A stretch of DNA of 56,222 bases from Chiloscyllium plagiosum (lineage: Eukaryota): positions 85,774,387 through 85,830,608 of the forward strand of contig NC_057719.1 of assembly GCF_004010195.1 (NCBI RefSeq). The letters are read 5' to 3'. The notes beneath the pieces were generated by a model. The model saw only the letters and a list, made by a program, of their open reading frames with translations, did not search any database and was not told where the DNA came from. Every line of letters starts with the position of its first letter. Within the stretch, counting starts at the first letter, position 1. Both the position numbers and the translations under genes were made by a program. Positions 22,760-35,605 of the stretch are shown here, piece by piece.

Positions 22760-24649
22760 ACTGAATGGTGGAGCAGGCTCCGGGGGGCCAAATGGCATAT
22801 TCCTATTCCTATTTCTTATCATCATATGGAGTAGAGCTATGTCAACTATTCTTTCCACTGGTTGGTCTCAGATTATTTCCTTTCCTGTCCGTTTTGCTTT
22901 GTCTGTTTTTTATAGTCTAAGATCATTCAGAAATCAAAGAATTGTGAGAGAAAGTGACAAAAATGTGAAAATAAATTCAAGGAAAGAGCAATGATCAAGG
23001 CCAACAATCTAATCCCAATCTGGGTTGTTTGAAAATGTGAATGGATGTATTTGTTGGTGTGTATTGTTTTCAGACAGTCAAACTACAGACATTGCTTCAA
23101 GACCAAGGTAAATTCCTGGGGCATCACTTAACCAAATTTTACATACTGCCACTTGGTAGTTTGTTTGTAATACTGTACTCCCCATTGCTTGCTCTGTAAA
23201 TAAACATATTTTATTGTGAAATAATATTTTCTTGGTTTTTGAGTGGAATTAAACAGGAATGGCATAAAGTAACATTCAGCTAATCTGGAATTTGTTACTT
23301 GCAAATTCAGAGAAACATTGCAATGGTCAGCTCTTGCTGGTCAAACTTCTGGAGTAAAAGATCTCAACATCCTCTAAAATACCCTCCAGTTCCACTGGTT
23401 CAGTTCACTGATTCCTCCAGTTTGTGGCATTGGCTCATCTCATGATTGTTTGTCCAGTCAACTGTTCAAGATCTAAGCTCTGGAATGCCATCCTCACACT
23501 CCACCAAACCCTCTTCCTTGATTGTAGACGTTTTTAATCAACCTGTTGCACAAATTGAGCTCAGGCCTTCTGACCCTGAGGCAGGGATACTACAACCGCA
23601 CAAGAACCTCTTAACATAGTCTGGGTCACTGGATTACTAGTCTCATGACATTAATACTGCAGCAGCACCTCCCCACTTTCCTGCATGTATCTTTTGAGAT
23701 GTTGCATGAATTCTATCTCTTTCACGGAGTTTATGTGCATTGGTGGTGTTATTCTGATCAATGACCCACTGTCAGATTTTGTTAGGTTATACCTTGGAAT
23801 TCTTTGCATCCCTCAAAGCCATTGCAAAAATGCAAGCAATCATTATTAGGGGGTCTCCAGAGCTCATTGTGTTAGTTGAATATAAGGAAAAGGCCTGTCT
23901 ATGAGAGAGATAGCGTGACCTTCTTTTCTCCAAGTCCCTATGCTTGCGTGGTCATACTTCCATTAACAGGGAGGAATAATGTACATTCCTGAAAATTGCA
24001 CACCGTACCAGCAGTCCTTTGGTGTAGCTGACCGGAACTCTCCTTGCTCTTGTGAATCAGACCAATGTTCTTTTTTTTAACTCCCTAGTCTTGAATCTTA
24101 GTTTCAAAGGAAGCTAGAGGATTAGCAAAACTGGTTAAATATCTAAGTGATAAGATATTACATCTATCTGTCCTGCAGTTTCCCCTTCCCTTGGCCACTC
24201 TCAGTACCTCCTTAAATAATTACTTAAACCAAACACTGAAGCCGATACCATTGTTGCGTATGCCTATTCCCTCCAGCATGGACAGACCATTTACCATGAG
24301 TCCCTGGATAGCAATCAGGAAGGTCACCAACTGAATGCTGCCAGAGTATTAAACATGCATTCTATCAATTCTTCGAGATTCAGTACTACAACCAGCGCTA
24401 AATTTACATGGTTAGCAATCCTACTTAGCACAAAGGAGGATAGAAGTGGTTGTTGATGAATGAATGCAAAGCTGCCTGGATACTGAAACAAAAAGAAAAC
24501 AAGATAAAATTGTCAAAGCAAAAGGGTACATCTGACAGATGACAGCAGATAGTGCAATCCAGAACCAAGGTTGCATGTAAAAATTTTAACTGAGAAAACT
24601 GGGTGGCATGGACAAGTTGATCGAAGGGCCTGTTTCCATGCTGTAAACC

Positions 24650-26400
24650 TCTATGACTTTATGACTGTATGAGAAGTGAAAAATATAGAAGCAAGACGGA
24701 GTATGAGAATAAGTTGGGAGCTAACATAAATTGGACTCCAAATATTTTATATAGATATAAACAGCAGAAATATGGTAAAATTAAGAGTAGATAGGATGAT
24801 TGTCCTTTAGGGGAATGCATATTTGGAGGAGATGGCAATAACTTGCACTTATCCTCGCCAAGCCGCCCAAGTCATCATAAAAGATGTTTGAGATACCAAT
24901 GGGCTAGAACATAACAAAGAGTAAGTACGAAACGAGTCAGCATGCAATGAGATGTGCCCACTGATGCAGAGGAAATAAAGAACGCAGTCGCAGAAGTGTT
25001 ATTCAAAACTTTCTGCTGATTTTTAGTGATGCAAACGAGCTGGCGAATTGCCAATATTTCAGCTTGGTTCAAAAGGCGGCATCAAGTTAAATATAATAAC
25101 CAAAAGCTGGACGATCATGTCTCAATGGCGGGAAAAGTTTTAGAAAGGATAATTAGGGACAAAAATATGCGTCACTTGGGCAAAGGCAGATTAATTGTGG
25201 GAATCCAGCCAATTCAAGATTACCCATATTTAACAAACAAGACTGATTATTTTGATGGAGTAGAGAGTGCGTGATTTTATATGGTGCACGGACAACTGCA
25301 AAAGGCATTTGATAAGAGGCCATATATATAACAGAAAAGCTGCAACCCACGGAATAGGAGGAGGAGTAAAATCGCAGAAATAAAATTGGCGCAATGACAA
25401 GAAACAGAGAGTACTGGAGAATAATTATTTCCCTAACCCGAAGAAGGACCACTGCGTTAGTACGTTCGTAACCCGGGATTGCGGTGTATATGGTACAGTT
25501 TTAAAACTTGATGATAGTGCAAAATTTGGAAGTAATATAAACTGCGAGGAAGATAGTGATAAGCCTCAAGGCATAGATCAGCTTGTGAACTTGGCAGTAG
25601 TTGTGGCAAGTGAAAGTTATTGCAGAGAAGTGTAAATTGGTTCGTGTTAATAGGGAGATGGAGAGGAGGCAAAATGCAGCAGAGGATATGATTCCAAAGA
25701 GAATTCAATAACAGTAGTCTCTGAGGGTTTATGTGCCTAAATATTTAAAGAGCAGACTGAGGAAGCAGTTCATAATACACGAGGACTCAGGGAGGTATAA
25801 GTGGAGGCGCCGAGTACAAAACCAAATCCGTTATGTTTAACCTGTAGAAATGATAGTATTACCCTTACCTGGAATACTGTGTTCAGTTCTGGACATGACA
25901 CCATATGATAGCATTACCGAAGCTGCAGGAAAGATTTAACGAATGGTTCCAGTGATGAAGAAATTCACTTCGGGAAATCTGGAAAGGTCCACATCGAAAA
26001 GTTCAGTAAGTGGTTTGATAGAGGCGTTGTGAACACTTCCAGCTGGACAGTGAAGTTTGTTCGAACTTTCTTCCATTGGCAGACATGTTGGAAAGCAGAT
26101 GTCATTCCTTTGAGGAGATCGGCCTAAGAGTCAGTGATGACCAGAGAAGAAAAAATAACTTTTTCTTACACAGCGAGTGGTTAGAATGTGAGATGTACCG
26201 CCCCAAGAGTGTAGAGGAGGCGGTTTCAACTCTGCTTTTAGAAGGGGAACTGAGTGGTTATGTGATTGAAAACAAAACTGCAGGGAAACGACAAAGACAA
26301 GGAGTGAAACCGAATAATTTAGAAGTGCAGGGACCCAGAAGAGAATGTTAAGTCAAAAATATTTTGTGCTTTATGCATTGTATGATTTTGTACTGCTTTA
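24650..26400 (+). mobile_element. Ancient CR1 ORF2 remnant (unusually CpG-rich)
   Basis: SWRIANISAWFK..GKVLERIIRDK, KAFDK, LEYCVQFW and 3'-tail remnants occur in order. Confidence 0.8.
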
Positions 26401-26635
26401 GGACTGAGAGTGGGCCGTTTAAATCTTCGTGTACAATCTGCAACGCATCGAATTCATGGCGGGTGTCCAACCTTATATCCATTAGTAGGGCTGACTAATA
26501 AACAAAAAGCAAACTCAAATTTAAAATGGACAATAGTGTCAGCACCATTTGCAAACTTCTTCTGCCCTTTACATACGCACTTCTTTTTGAGTGTCCAACT
26601 TTAAGTAAATCCAGCTTGAGTTTCCAAAGGATAAT

Positions 26636-27455
26636 CCTTCTTATAGAGGTTTATAAAATCATAAGGGGCGCGGATAAAGTGAATAGCCAAGGTCTTTTCC
26701 CCAGGGTAGGGGAATTCAAAACTAGAAGGCATATGTCTTAGCTGAGAGGCGAAAGATTTAAAAGGGACGTGAGGAGCAACGTTTTCACCCAGAGAGTGGT
26801 TTGTATGTGGAATGAACTGCCGGAGGAAGTGGTGGATGCAGGTACACTTGCAAAATTTAAAAGACATTTGAGCAGGTACATGAATAGGAAAATTTTCGAG
26901 GAATATGGGGCGAGTTTAGTTCGGGGAAACTTGGTAGGTGTTAGAAACGAAAATCGCTTCTCAATAATCGCTCTAGACAAATTCAGGAAAACAAAGTTTT
27001 ATTAGCAAGTCTGCAGAGTTGGGCACCCTTCTGAGAAAAAGGCGCCCCAGGCTAACAATGTTTCTGATTAAATACAGTACAAGTCCCTCCCCTCTATAGC
27101 TCTAAAGAGTCACGAGGTTCACATTCTCACAAAGTCTGCAACAGTTTCCCGAGTTGTTTTTCTACCCTGTAGTCTTATCAGTCAAGGACTTATTTTTCTC
27201 TGTCAGAGTTAGTGGTCTTATCAATCAAGGACTTGTTTTTCTACTCTGTCTATGTGAGTGGTCTTATCAATCCGTAGCAGCAGATGTCTCGTCCTTTATT
27301 ATAGAGAAGCATGTTTTACCCTACCCCTATGGCTCTATTCCCCTTAGACTTTGGGGTCATGCACATCTCAATTGTTTATACCGAAATCGCCTCTCACAGT
27401 AGGCATGGAGGAATTGGACAGATGGGTCTGTTTCCACGCTGTATGACTCTGCCTT
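26636..27455 (+). mobile_element. CR1 3' fragment interrupted by a solo LTR
   Basis: Reads LIEVYKIIRG..WNELPEEVVDAG. The 3' UTR resumes exactly after the TSD at 27403. Confidence 0.9.
26939..27398 (-). mobile_element. Solo LTR (460 bp) of an LTR retroelement/ERV
   Basis: TG...CA termini with short inverted ends (TGTTAGA/TCTCACA). Perfect 5-bp TSD GTAGG at 26934-26938 and 27399-27403. AATAAA on minus at ~26998-27003, with internal direct repeats. Confidence 0.9.
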
Positions 27456-27529
27456 AGAATTCTCCAGCAAGGATTTTCCTTCTATCACCAACACATTCCT
27501 CACAAACTGTAATTTCAGTGTGCGTGGAT

Positions 27530-28470
27530 AGTTCACTGGGCTGTACTTAATATTGATTGGAACATCCTTAATTCAAATAGTTTTGATGCAGCAGTTTTTG
27601 CCTGATGTGTCAAGAAGGAGTTCCTGATGCAATATACAGATAGACCAACGAGAGGGGAGGCCATATTGGATTTGGTGCTTGGCAACAAACCATGCCTGAT
27701 GTCAGATCTCTTGGTGAGAGAGCATTTTGGTGTTAATGATCACAACTTCCTGTCATTTGCTATACTCATGGAGAGGGATAGGAGCAGACATTATGACAAA
27801 GTATCTAATTGGGGGATAAGGAACTACAATGCTATTAGGCAGGAACTGGGGCACCTAAACTATTCTCAGGGAAATGCACGACAGAAGTATGGAGGTTGTT
27901 TAGGAAGCACTTGCTGATAGTGCTGGACAGGTTCGTCCCACTGAGGCAAGGAAGAGGTGATAGGCTGAAAGAATCTTGGATGACATGAATGTTGAACATC
28001 TAGTCAAGAGGGAGAAGGAAGCTTACTTAAGGTTGAGGAGGCAAGAATCAGACAGGGCTTTGGAGGGTTACAAGGTAGCCAGGAATGAACTGAAGAATAG
28101 ATTTAGGAGAGCTAGAAGGGGGCATGAACAAGATGTTGAGAGCCATAGCTGGAGTGGATAGCCAAAGGCTTTCTCCCATGATGGAAATGTCTATCATAAA
28201 GGAGTATAATTTTAAAGTAATTGGAAGATGGTTTAGGGGCAATGTCAGAGGTAGGTTCTTTACACAGAGTGGTGGGTGTGTGGAATGGACTGCCAGCAGT
28301 GGTAAAGTCAAATACATTAGGGACATTTAAGCTACTCTTGAATAGGCGCATGGAAGATAGTACAATGAAGGGTATGTATACTAGTCTAATCTTAGAGTAG
28401 GATAAAAGGCCGGCACTGCATCGAGGGCCTGTACTGTTCTGTACTGAACTATATTCAATGTTTTATGTGG
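27530..28470 (+). mobile_element. CR1 fragment: endonuclease/linker fused to 3' end (large internal deletion)
   Basis: Reads PTRGEAILDLVLGN..DHN, then jumps at ~28130 to the ORF2 tail and 3' UTR. Confidence 0.9.
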
Positions 28471-29042
28471 CTCAGATTGATTCCAGCAGCGGAGGGGTCA
28501 TTCTGTCGATTTCTGTAACCCACAGTCAGAACCAAACCGTGGCCGTGGAACTAACTGTCTTGGGGCAGAAAACTGTAGAGAACCCAACATAACTCACAAC
28601 ACACCAAATGAAAAGACTGTGCATATAACTGTAGCGCAACTGCTAAATAATTGAACTCCGGTCGTCTCGAAACAATCGCTTACATTCCAATAATTCTTCA
28701 AGAAAGAAAAAAATCCTGATATCTATATATCAGCCTGATGACACATGTGCTTGGACTGACAACGCTTGTGGAGGTTTCCAGTGCTCCTCGCTTTTCATCA
28801 TTGGTGACGGCTGCTGGAGATGAGTTTGTTTCTGTAACCGCATTGTGGCTGAATTAATGGAAATATGTGCGTTATTCAGACGGGATTACTGGCCTGTGAG
28901 TTGATAGGAGCGGCTTCCGCTCGGGCCTCTTGCTGTGAATTTACACCATGTGAGGAATTGCTGATCTCAATCAGTCCCGCGGATCGTGTGTGTAACCATA
29001 GCTGAGCTGTCAATGGTTTGGTTAATGATCACTGCACACAGT

Positions 29043-29052
29043 GGGGATTCCC
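29043..29052. promoter_or_regulatory. Consensus NF-kB site within a CpG-rich unique region
   Basis: GGGGATTCCC is an exact match to the classical kB decamer. Function is unproven. Confidence 0.35.
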
Positions 29053-29423
29053 AGACAAGACCCCGCAGTGTGAATCTCTGGGAGCAGAATGCGCAGGCAG
29101 GGATGCATTTGCAGTTGAGTGTCCCGACAAAGCAGAAGGATTGCTCTCCTAACGCGGCTGCCTCATAATTCTTGTTTCAAAGCCGCGTTCTTTTGGAAAT
29201 AGCTTTGGAAATCCGCGCGCAGGCTCTGTTTTGCTGCAGCGCCTTCTTTGAAACGTAAAATGCAACAGAGTGAGCTCAAAACCATCAGCACCTTCCTATG
29301 GAACCAGGAAGAAGGAGGCTACAAGCAGTCATTCTGTTCATTTTGACTCGACAAGGGTTAAAACTCACGCGACGCCAGGTTATAGTCCAACAGGTTCATT
29401 TGGAACCACTAGCTTTCAGAACG

Positions 29424-29923
29424 NNNNNNNNNNNNNNNNNNNNNNNNNNNNNNNNNNNNNNNNNNNNNNNNNNNNNNNNNNNNNNNNNNNNNNNNNNNNN
29501 NNNNNNNNNNNNNNNNNNNNNNNNNNNNNNNNNNNNNNNNNNNNNNNNNNNNNNNNNNNNNNNNNNNNNNNNNNNNNNNNNNNNNNNNNNNNNNNNNNNN
29601 NNNNNNNNNNNNNNNNNNNNNNNNNNNNNNNNNNNNNNNNNNNNNNNNNNNNNNNNNNNNNNNNNNNNNNNNNNNNNNNNNNNNNNNNNNNNNNNNNNNN
29701 NNNNNNNNNNNNNNNNNNNNNNNNNNNNNNNNNNNNNNNNNNNNNNNNNNNNNNNNNNNNNNNNNNNNNNNNNNNNNNNNNNNNNNNNNNNNNNNNNNNN
29801 NNNNNNNNNNNNNNNNNNNNNNNNNNNNNNNNNNNNNNNNNNNNNNNNNNNNNNNNNNNNNNNNNNNNNNNNNNNNNNNNNNNNNNNNNNNNNNNNNNNN
29901 NNNNNNNNNNNNNNNNNNNNNNN
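29424..29923. other. Assembly gap (500 N)
   Basis: Run of Ns. Confidence 1.
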
Positions 29924-30454
29924 AAGAAATTGCTGGGAAAGCTCAGCATGTCTGGCAGCATCTGTGGAGAGAAATCAGAGTCAATATTTTGGATGCCGTG
30001 ACCCTTCCTCAAACCCTTCAGCGTCCACATCAATCTGAAGGGAACATAATGGAATTAAAAAGGTCATTTAGCCCATATTCATTCACTCATGCTGATAGTC
30101 TGTACATTAACTCAGTTTGCTCGTGTTTACATCATGCCCTTTGATCACCAAGCATCTAAAAACTGTCTATTTCACTCTAGAGAATCTGAATTCACCCATC
30201 GCCTACATTAATATGGGTAGTTCCAGACATCCACCATTATTTAAATGAAGCTTCAACAAAGCCAAGGTATGCAAGCCTCTGTTCTTAATAAAGCCTGAAG
30301 CATCTAGCAACTCCGCAAAACATCTCCTGCTCTACATCCAGAAAGTCACCTCATCCCATTCAATAAGGCAAGCGCCTCTATCACATTAACAGGTACATGC
30401 ATCTATAAGACATAATGAATGGGAGAGGACAACGAGCCGAGAAGCTCAATAAAA

Positions 30455-30950
30455 AAGGGTGCAGAGAAGGTTAATGAGGATGTTGCCTGGTATGGAAGGT
30501 GCTAGCTATGAAGAGAAGTTGAGTGGGTTAGGATTGTTTTCATTAGAAAAAAGGAGATTGAGGGGGGACCTGTTTGAGGTCTACAAACTCATGAAGGGTA
30601 TAAACAGGGTAGATAGGGATAAGCTTTTTCCCAGAGTGAGGGATTCAATAAGGAGAGGTCACGCTTTCAAGGTGAGAGGTGAAAAGTTTAAGGGGATATA
30701 CGCAGCAAGTACTTTAAACAGAAGGTGGTAGGTGCCTGGAACGTGTTGCCAGCAGAGGTAGTAGAGACAGGCACGGTAGATTCATTTATATACGTCTGGA
30801 CAGATGCATGAGTAGATGGGCAGCAGAGGGATACAGATGTTTAGGAATTGGGCGACAGGTTTAGACAGAGAATTTGGATTGGCTCAGGCTTGGAGGGCCA
30901 AAGGGCCTGTTCATGGGCTGTAAACTTTCTTTGTTCTTTCTTTGTTCTAA
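30455..30950 (+). mobile_element. CR1 3' fragment
   Basis: ORF 30459-30731 reads QRRLMRMLPG..LFSLEKRRLRGDL. Confidence 0.92.
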
Positions 30951-31618
30951 AAGCTTAAGCTCTCTTATAATATATATTAACATCAAAACATAAATATTAA
31001 CAAGGCTGGTTAAAACAATTGGTCAGATATGGGCTTTATCGAGGTTTATCAGGGGACAGAGATGAAGAAATCTTCACAGGCAAGTTCATGACCTGCATCC
31101 CCGATGATACTCCCTCCAGTAGTCGTCAGTAAGACTGGAAGATGCGCAAAGTACCAGAGTCAAATAAACTCAAATTATGTTTGTCTCATGTCTCCACAGA
31201 TGCTGTCCAACCTGCTGAGAATTTCTAGCATTTGCTTGGCATTTTTTCAGATCTCCAACATCTCTTCAGTGTTCTGCTTTTATCTTGGGACAGTCAAGTC
31301 TGAAGGTGATAAGACAGGGCTGGTGATTCAGCTGGGATGGACTGAGGCAGTGATGAAGATCTGTACCATTGTGGAAATGGAAGATGGTGTTCTCTGCAGA
31401 TTGAGTAGACATTGACTCGGTGTGAAATAGAACAGCTCAGCTGCTAACAGTGGGTTTCAACTTGAAACTGTGTCCAAGAAGAATGTAGAAGTGGCTACAG
31501 GACTATAGGCCTTGTGTCAGAGACTGAAGACGGTCTATTCAGGCTATCATTATGATCAACAGCATTGCCACAGGGATCAGTATTGGCTCATTGGTGTTTG
31601 CCATATGCATAAACATTA

Positions 31619-31657
31619 TGTGTGTGTGTGTGTGTGTGTGTGCTCGCGCTCGCGCGT
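31619..31657. repeat. (TG)n microsatellite with CG-rich extension
   Basis: About 12 TG units followed by CTCGCGCTCGCGCGTG. Confidence 0.95.
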
Positions 31658-31664
31658 GCTGAGC

Positions 31665-32770
31665 ACAGGGATGGGGACAGTGATGATAAATAATTTTGCG
31701 GATGACACAAAGATTGGTGAGGTGGTTAAGAGTGAAGAAGAAGGTTTTAGGTGACAGGACGGTATAGACAAATGAGCAGATCAGTGGCAGATGGAATGTA
31801 ACCCTGAAAAATGTGAGGTGATGCACTTTGGTAGAAGTGGGCTGCCAGAGAAAGTGGTTGAGGCAGGTGCAATAGCAATATTTTTAAAAAGTCATTTGGA
31901 TCAGTATATGGATGGGAAGGGGTTAGAGAACTATGCAGGCAATTGAAACCAGCTGAGTGGGCATCATGGTCAGCATGGGCCAGTTTACATGGAAAGGGCC
32001 TGCATCCATTCTCTATGACAGTTTAAGTGATGAGCCAAGGGGAATTCAATGAATGTCAAGACAATAAGAAGCTCAGAGGAATGGAGTGACCTTGGGATGC
32101 TTGCCCACAGATTTATGAAGGCAGCAGGACAGGTTAACAGGGCAGTTAAGAAGGCATATGAGAACTTGGCTTTAGCAGTCGTGATATAGATTTTAAGAGC
32201 AGCAGATTATGTTGGAGCTGCACATGACGTTAGTTAAGCCATAGATAGAGTACTCTGTGCAATTCTGGTCACCACACTATAGAAAGGATGTGATTGCACA
32301 GGAGAGAGGTGCAGGGATTCACCAAAATATTGCCTAGGATGGAAGACTTTAGCTATGCAGTGAGACTAGGTAGTCTCAGATTGTTTTCTTCACAGCAGAG
32401 AAGGCCAAGGGGGTGTTGACTGAGGTGTATACAATTATCCAATTCCGAAGGACATGGGCAAAGTAGATTTGCATCATGAGTTGAAAAATCAATAACAAGG
32501 AGGCGCATAATTTAAAATTGAAGGATAGGATGTTTTGAGGGGTTCTGAGGAATTTTTCACCCAGAGGGTGGTGGAAATCTGGAATGCACTGCCTGGGAAG
32601 GTAGTTGAGGCTGGAAACTGCACCATTTTTAAAACAAAGTACATAGGTAAGCATTGAAATGTTGTAACATTCAAAGTTATGGGCCAAGTTTTAGAAATTG
32701 GGACGAATATAGATAGGTCAATGTAGACTTGGTGGGCTGAAGAGCCTCTTTCTGTGCTGTATGAGATGGA
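31665..32770 (+). mobile_element. CR1 RT C-terminal/3' fragment with a nested CR1 tail (~31840-32030)
   Basis: Contains FADDTKIG, WQMECNPEKCEV and YSVQFWSP motifs. Confidence 0.9.
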
Positions 32771-33039
32771 TCATGTGGTGCACGGTTCCTTGCTGCTGTC
32801 CAAGTTATTGATTGACCAAAACATGTTTTAAATCATGAATTGAAGGTTTGGCATGAATTTACCAGGGAAGATTCCCTACTTTAAAATCTATAAATAATTT
32901 GCGAGCAACAATCAATTGGCACGAAAACTTTACTTTGCAATCAGTTGCTTGCATTTTGCTTTCAGTTGCAGTTCCAAGATCTATTATAAACTAGATTTAC
33001 TATAAATTCTGTGTCCTATGATCCTGCCCCACTAGCCAA

Positions 33040-33068
33040 CTGACGAAGGAGCAGGTCTCTGAAAGCTA
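33040..33068 (+). ncRNA. Minimal hammerhead ribozyme-like motif in a third PLE-derived family
   Basis: CTGACGA-A-GGAG-CAGGT-CTCT-GAAA-GCTA with palindromic AGCT. It is followed by sequence shared with 29357-29423 and 55232-55419. Confidence 0.55.
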
Positions 33069-33579
33069 GTACTTCAAAATAAACCTATTGGACTCTAACC
33101 TGTTACTGTGTCATGTTTAACCCAGTTTCAAGATTGACGGACTTCTTACAAATCTGTTCCCAATAGCTAACTAACGCACAATGAATGCACATCATGCTGG
33201 CGTATTGAAACCCAGACAAGTGTCCATTCTTTGCCTTGTGTCTGCTCCTTTTTACCAACTCTTGTATATGGGGTGGGGGCTTCATTTCTAGATTGTAGCT
33301 CTGTGTCACTGGTGGCTTCTGCATACCATTGTCATTCATTGGAAATAAATAATTCACTCCACAACTAGCTTGAAGGTAAATTAAAGACCCTTCACGCCTC
33401 CACCTAAGAAAATAAACAATCACCAAGCTGTTTCATTCAGCACCGACAGTGTGCTGAACTCATTTTTCTCATTTTTCAATGTTGAAACTAATTTCACTAC
33501 CACGGAAAATTGCATCTGTTTTAATTCAGTGCAAGATGTAGGTGATGAAACATTTCCCTTGCCTTTCCTGATCTGATCA

Positions 33580-33990
33580 CTTTTACAATGGACAATTGAT
33601 CTTACTATGTGGTTCATTTGTCTGTAATGGAAGATAAATGTATTCATGCCCACGACCCTATTCTTTGCAAACAGAAAGCACATGCACTGTGCTTGTTTCA
33701 ACTAAACAGAATAGAAGATAGCCATTCACTGGCTCACATCTCAAGGCAATGCTTTGACTAAACATTGGAAACCTCCTTGGTTTAAAATTTAAGCAAAACC
33801 TAGCAGTTGATTGCCAGTCATCATTGGCTGATTCATTATCAGCGGCAGCTCCTCTACCAATCAGAATCAACTTGCCAACAAGTCATTTGTCTCATAGAGT
33901 GTAAATGTTGGTTTTTCCTGACACTGGCTTGGTTACCAATTGCCCTGATGAGTGCAACAGAACTACTTTCTGCAAAAAGTATCATTTTTC
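33580..33990 (+). mobile_element. Penelope-like 3' end (second family)
   Basis: C-terminus VHLSVMEDKCIHAHDPILCKQK, then pLTR with CTGATGA at ~33945. Confidence 0.65.
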
Positions 33991-34749
33991 ATGTCTTTCT
34001 AATCTGTTGGAATGCGTGACCAGATGCACCTTTTGCAGGCCTCCTCAGCTTGCAAGGGACAAGCACCCTTGCATGGTGAACCTCCTGTAATGATTTATTG
34101 TGCTACTTTGTGCTAACTGAAACATCTTTATGCTGCTTACAGTAGCCTGACAAACACTACGTAAAATTGCCTCAGACATTATTATCTTACGTAAGTACAT
34201 TAATACCCATTTACCCTAAATGAGCAAGGTGCTTTGCCATCAACTACTCTAGCCAAAACTGGCGGTCAACGTGCCATAGAGTAACAATGGGATTGCCAAA
34301 TCTAACACCGAGTAGAATGGTCAATAAAGTCGATAAAGCATTTGCTTCACTTTAGTGACTGCGTCACAATTGCATATGCTCAGAAGAAACTTACAAAATT
34401 AAATCTTGCTCTAACATTTGGAACTAGTTTAATTTGTTTTGAGTTTCAGTTATATGAAGAAAGATTGGATGAATTTGGCTCATTTTCCTTGGTGCAAAGG
34501 AGACTGAAGTGGGACATGATTGAAATGTATCAAATTAAGAGAGTGAAGATTGAGTAGATAGGAAGAAACATTTCCCCTTGATGGAGGGATCAATGACCAG
34601 GGCATAGATTTAAGGCAGAAGGTTTAGAGGAGATGTGAGGAAAACTGTTTTCACTCAGAAGGTGGTGGGAATCCGGTTTTTACTATCTGTAAGTGTGTTA
34701 GAGACAGGAACCCTCATAACATTGAAGTGGTATTTATATGTGTACATAA

Positions 34750-35605
34750 TTCCTTACATTCCATCCCACCAATCTCCAAATCCAATGCATTATCTTCCAC
34801 CATTTTCAACACCTGAAGTCTGACCTCATCACCAAAAATATATTTCATTCCCCACCTCTATCTGCTTTCTGTAGGGACTGTTTCTTCCGTGACTCCCTTG
34901 TTAGGTCCACGCATCAACACTTGACACCTTGTGGCCGCTGAAGATGCAACACTTGGCACTACACCTCCCTCTCACTTTCATCCAAAGCCCCAAAGAATCT
35001 TCCCCAGTGCAGCAGAGATTTACCTGCATTCCTTCTAATCTGATTTACTGCATCCTTTGCTCCCAATGTGGTCTTGTCTACATCGAAGCAACCAAGCAAA
35101 CTGTAGGGATAGGTTCAGGTTCATGGTCCACATGCTCCAATCAACCCCATCTCCCAGATGCCAGCCATTTCAACTCCTCTTCTCACTCCCCCAATGACAT
35201 GTCCATCTTTGGTCTCCTCCACCATCAAAATAAGGCCACACATAAACTGGAGGAAGAACACCTCATCTTCCACCTCAGCAGCTTACAACCTCATGGCCTC
35301 AACATAGAATTCACCAGCTTCCAAATCTCCCCAAACCTACCTCATCTGAGATCTGCCCTCCCTCTCCACCCACCCCTTGGCCTGAACTAACCTGTCAATC
35401 TTCCTCCCCACTGACCTATTCCATTCACCTTCTACCTGCATCCATCTATCACTATCCCACCTATCTTTCCCCAGCTCCAACCCTTCCCTCTATTTATTTC
35501 TCAGCTCCCTTCTCCCTCCCCAGTCCTGACAACGTATTCCACCTGAAATGGTGATCCTCTCAACCTTCTGATACTGCTTGACCTGCTGTGTTTTTTCCAC
35601 ATTTT
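34750..35605 (+). mobile_element. Penelope-like element (GIY-YIG + pLTR) inserted in a CR1 3' fragment (34445-34745, 35605-35735)
   Basis: ORF 34929-35390 reads QRFTCIPSNLIYCILCSQCGLVYI..HFN..EEEHLIFHL..QPHGLNIEF. Confidence 0.9.

Larger units (their letters stand above)
17150..22830 (+). mobile_element. Ancient, heavily decayed near-full-length CR1 with nested insertions
   Basis: Colinear remnants of ORF1 zinc finger (VECQACD), APE, KAPGPNEMYP, RT and 3' UTR. Interrupted by a SINE and Penelope elements. Confidence 0.75.

Noticed and set aside
29270..30038. ORFs of 205-246 aa
   Set aside because: Artefacts of the 500-N gap.
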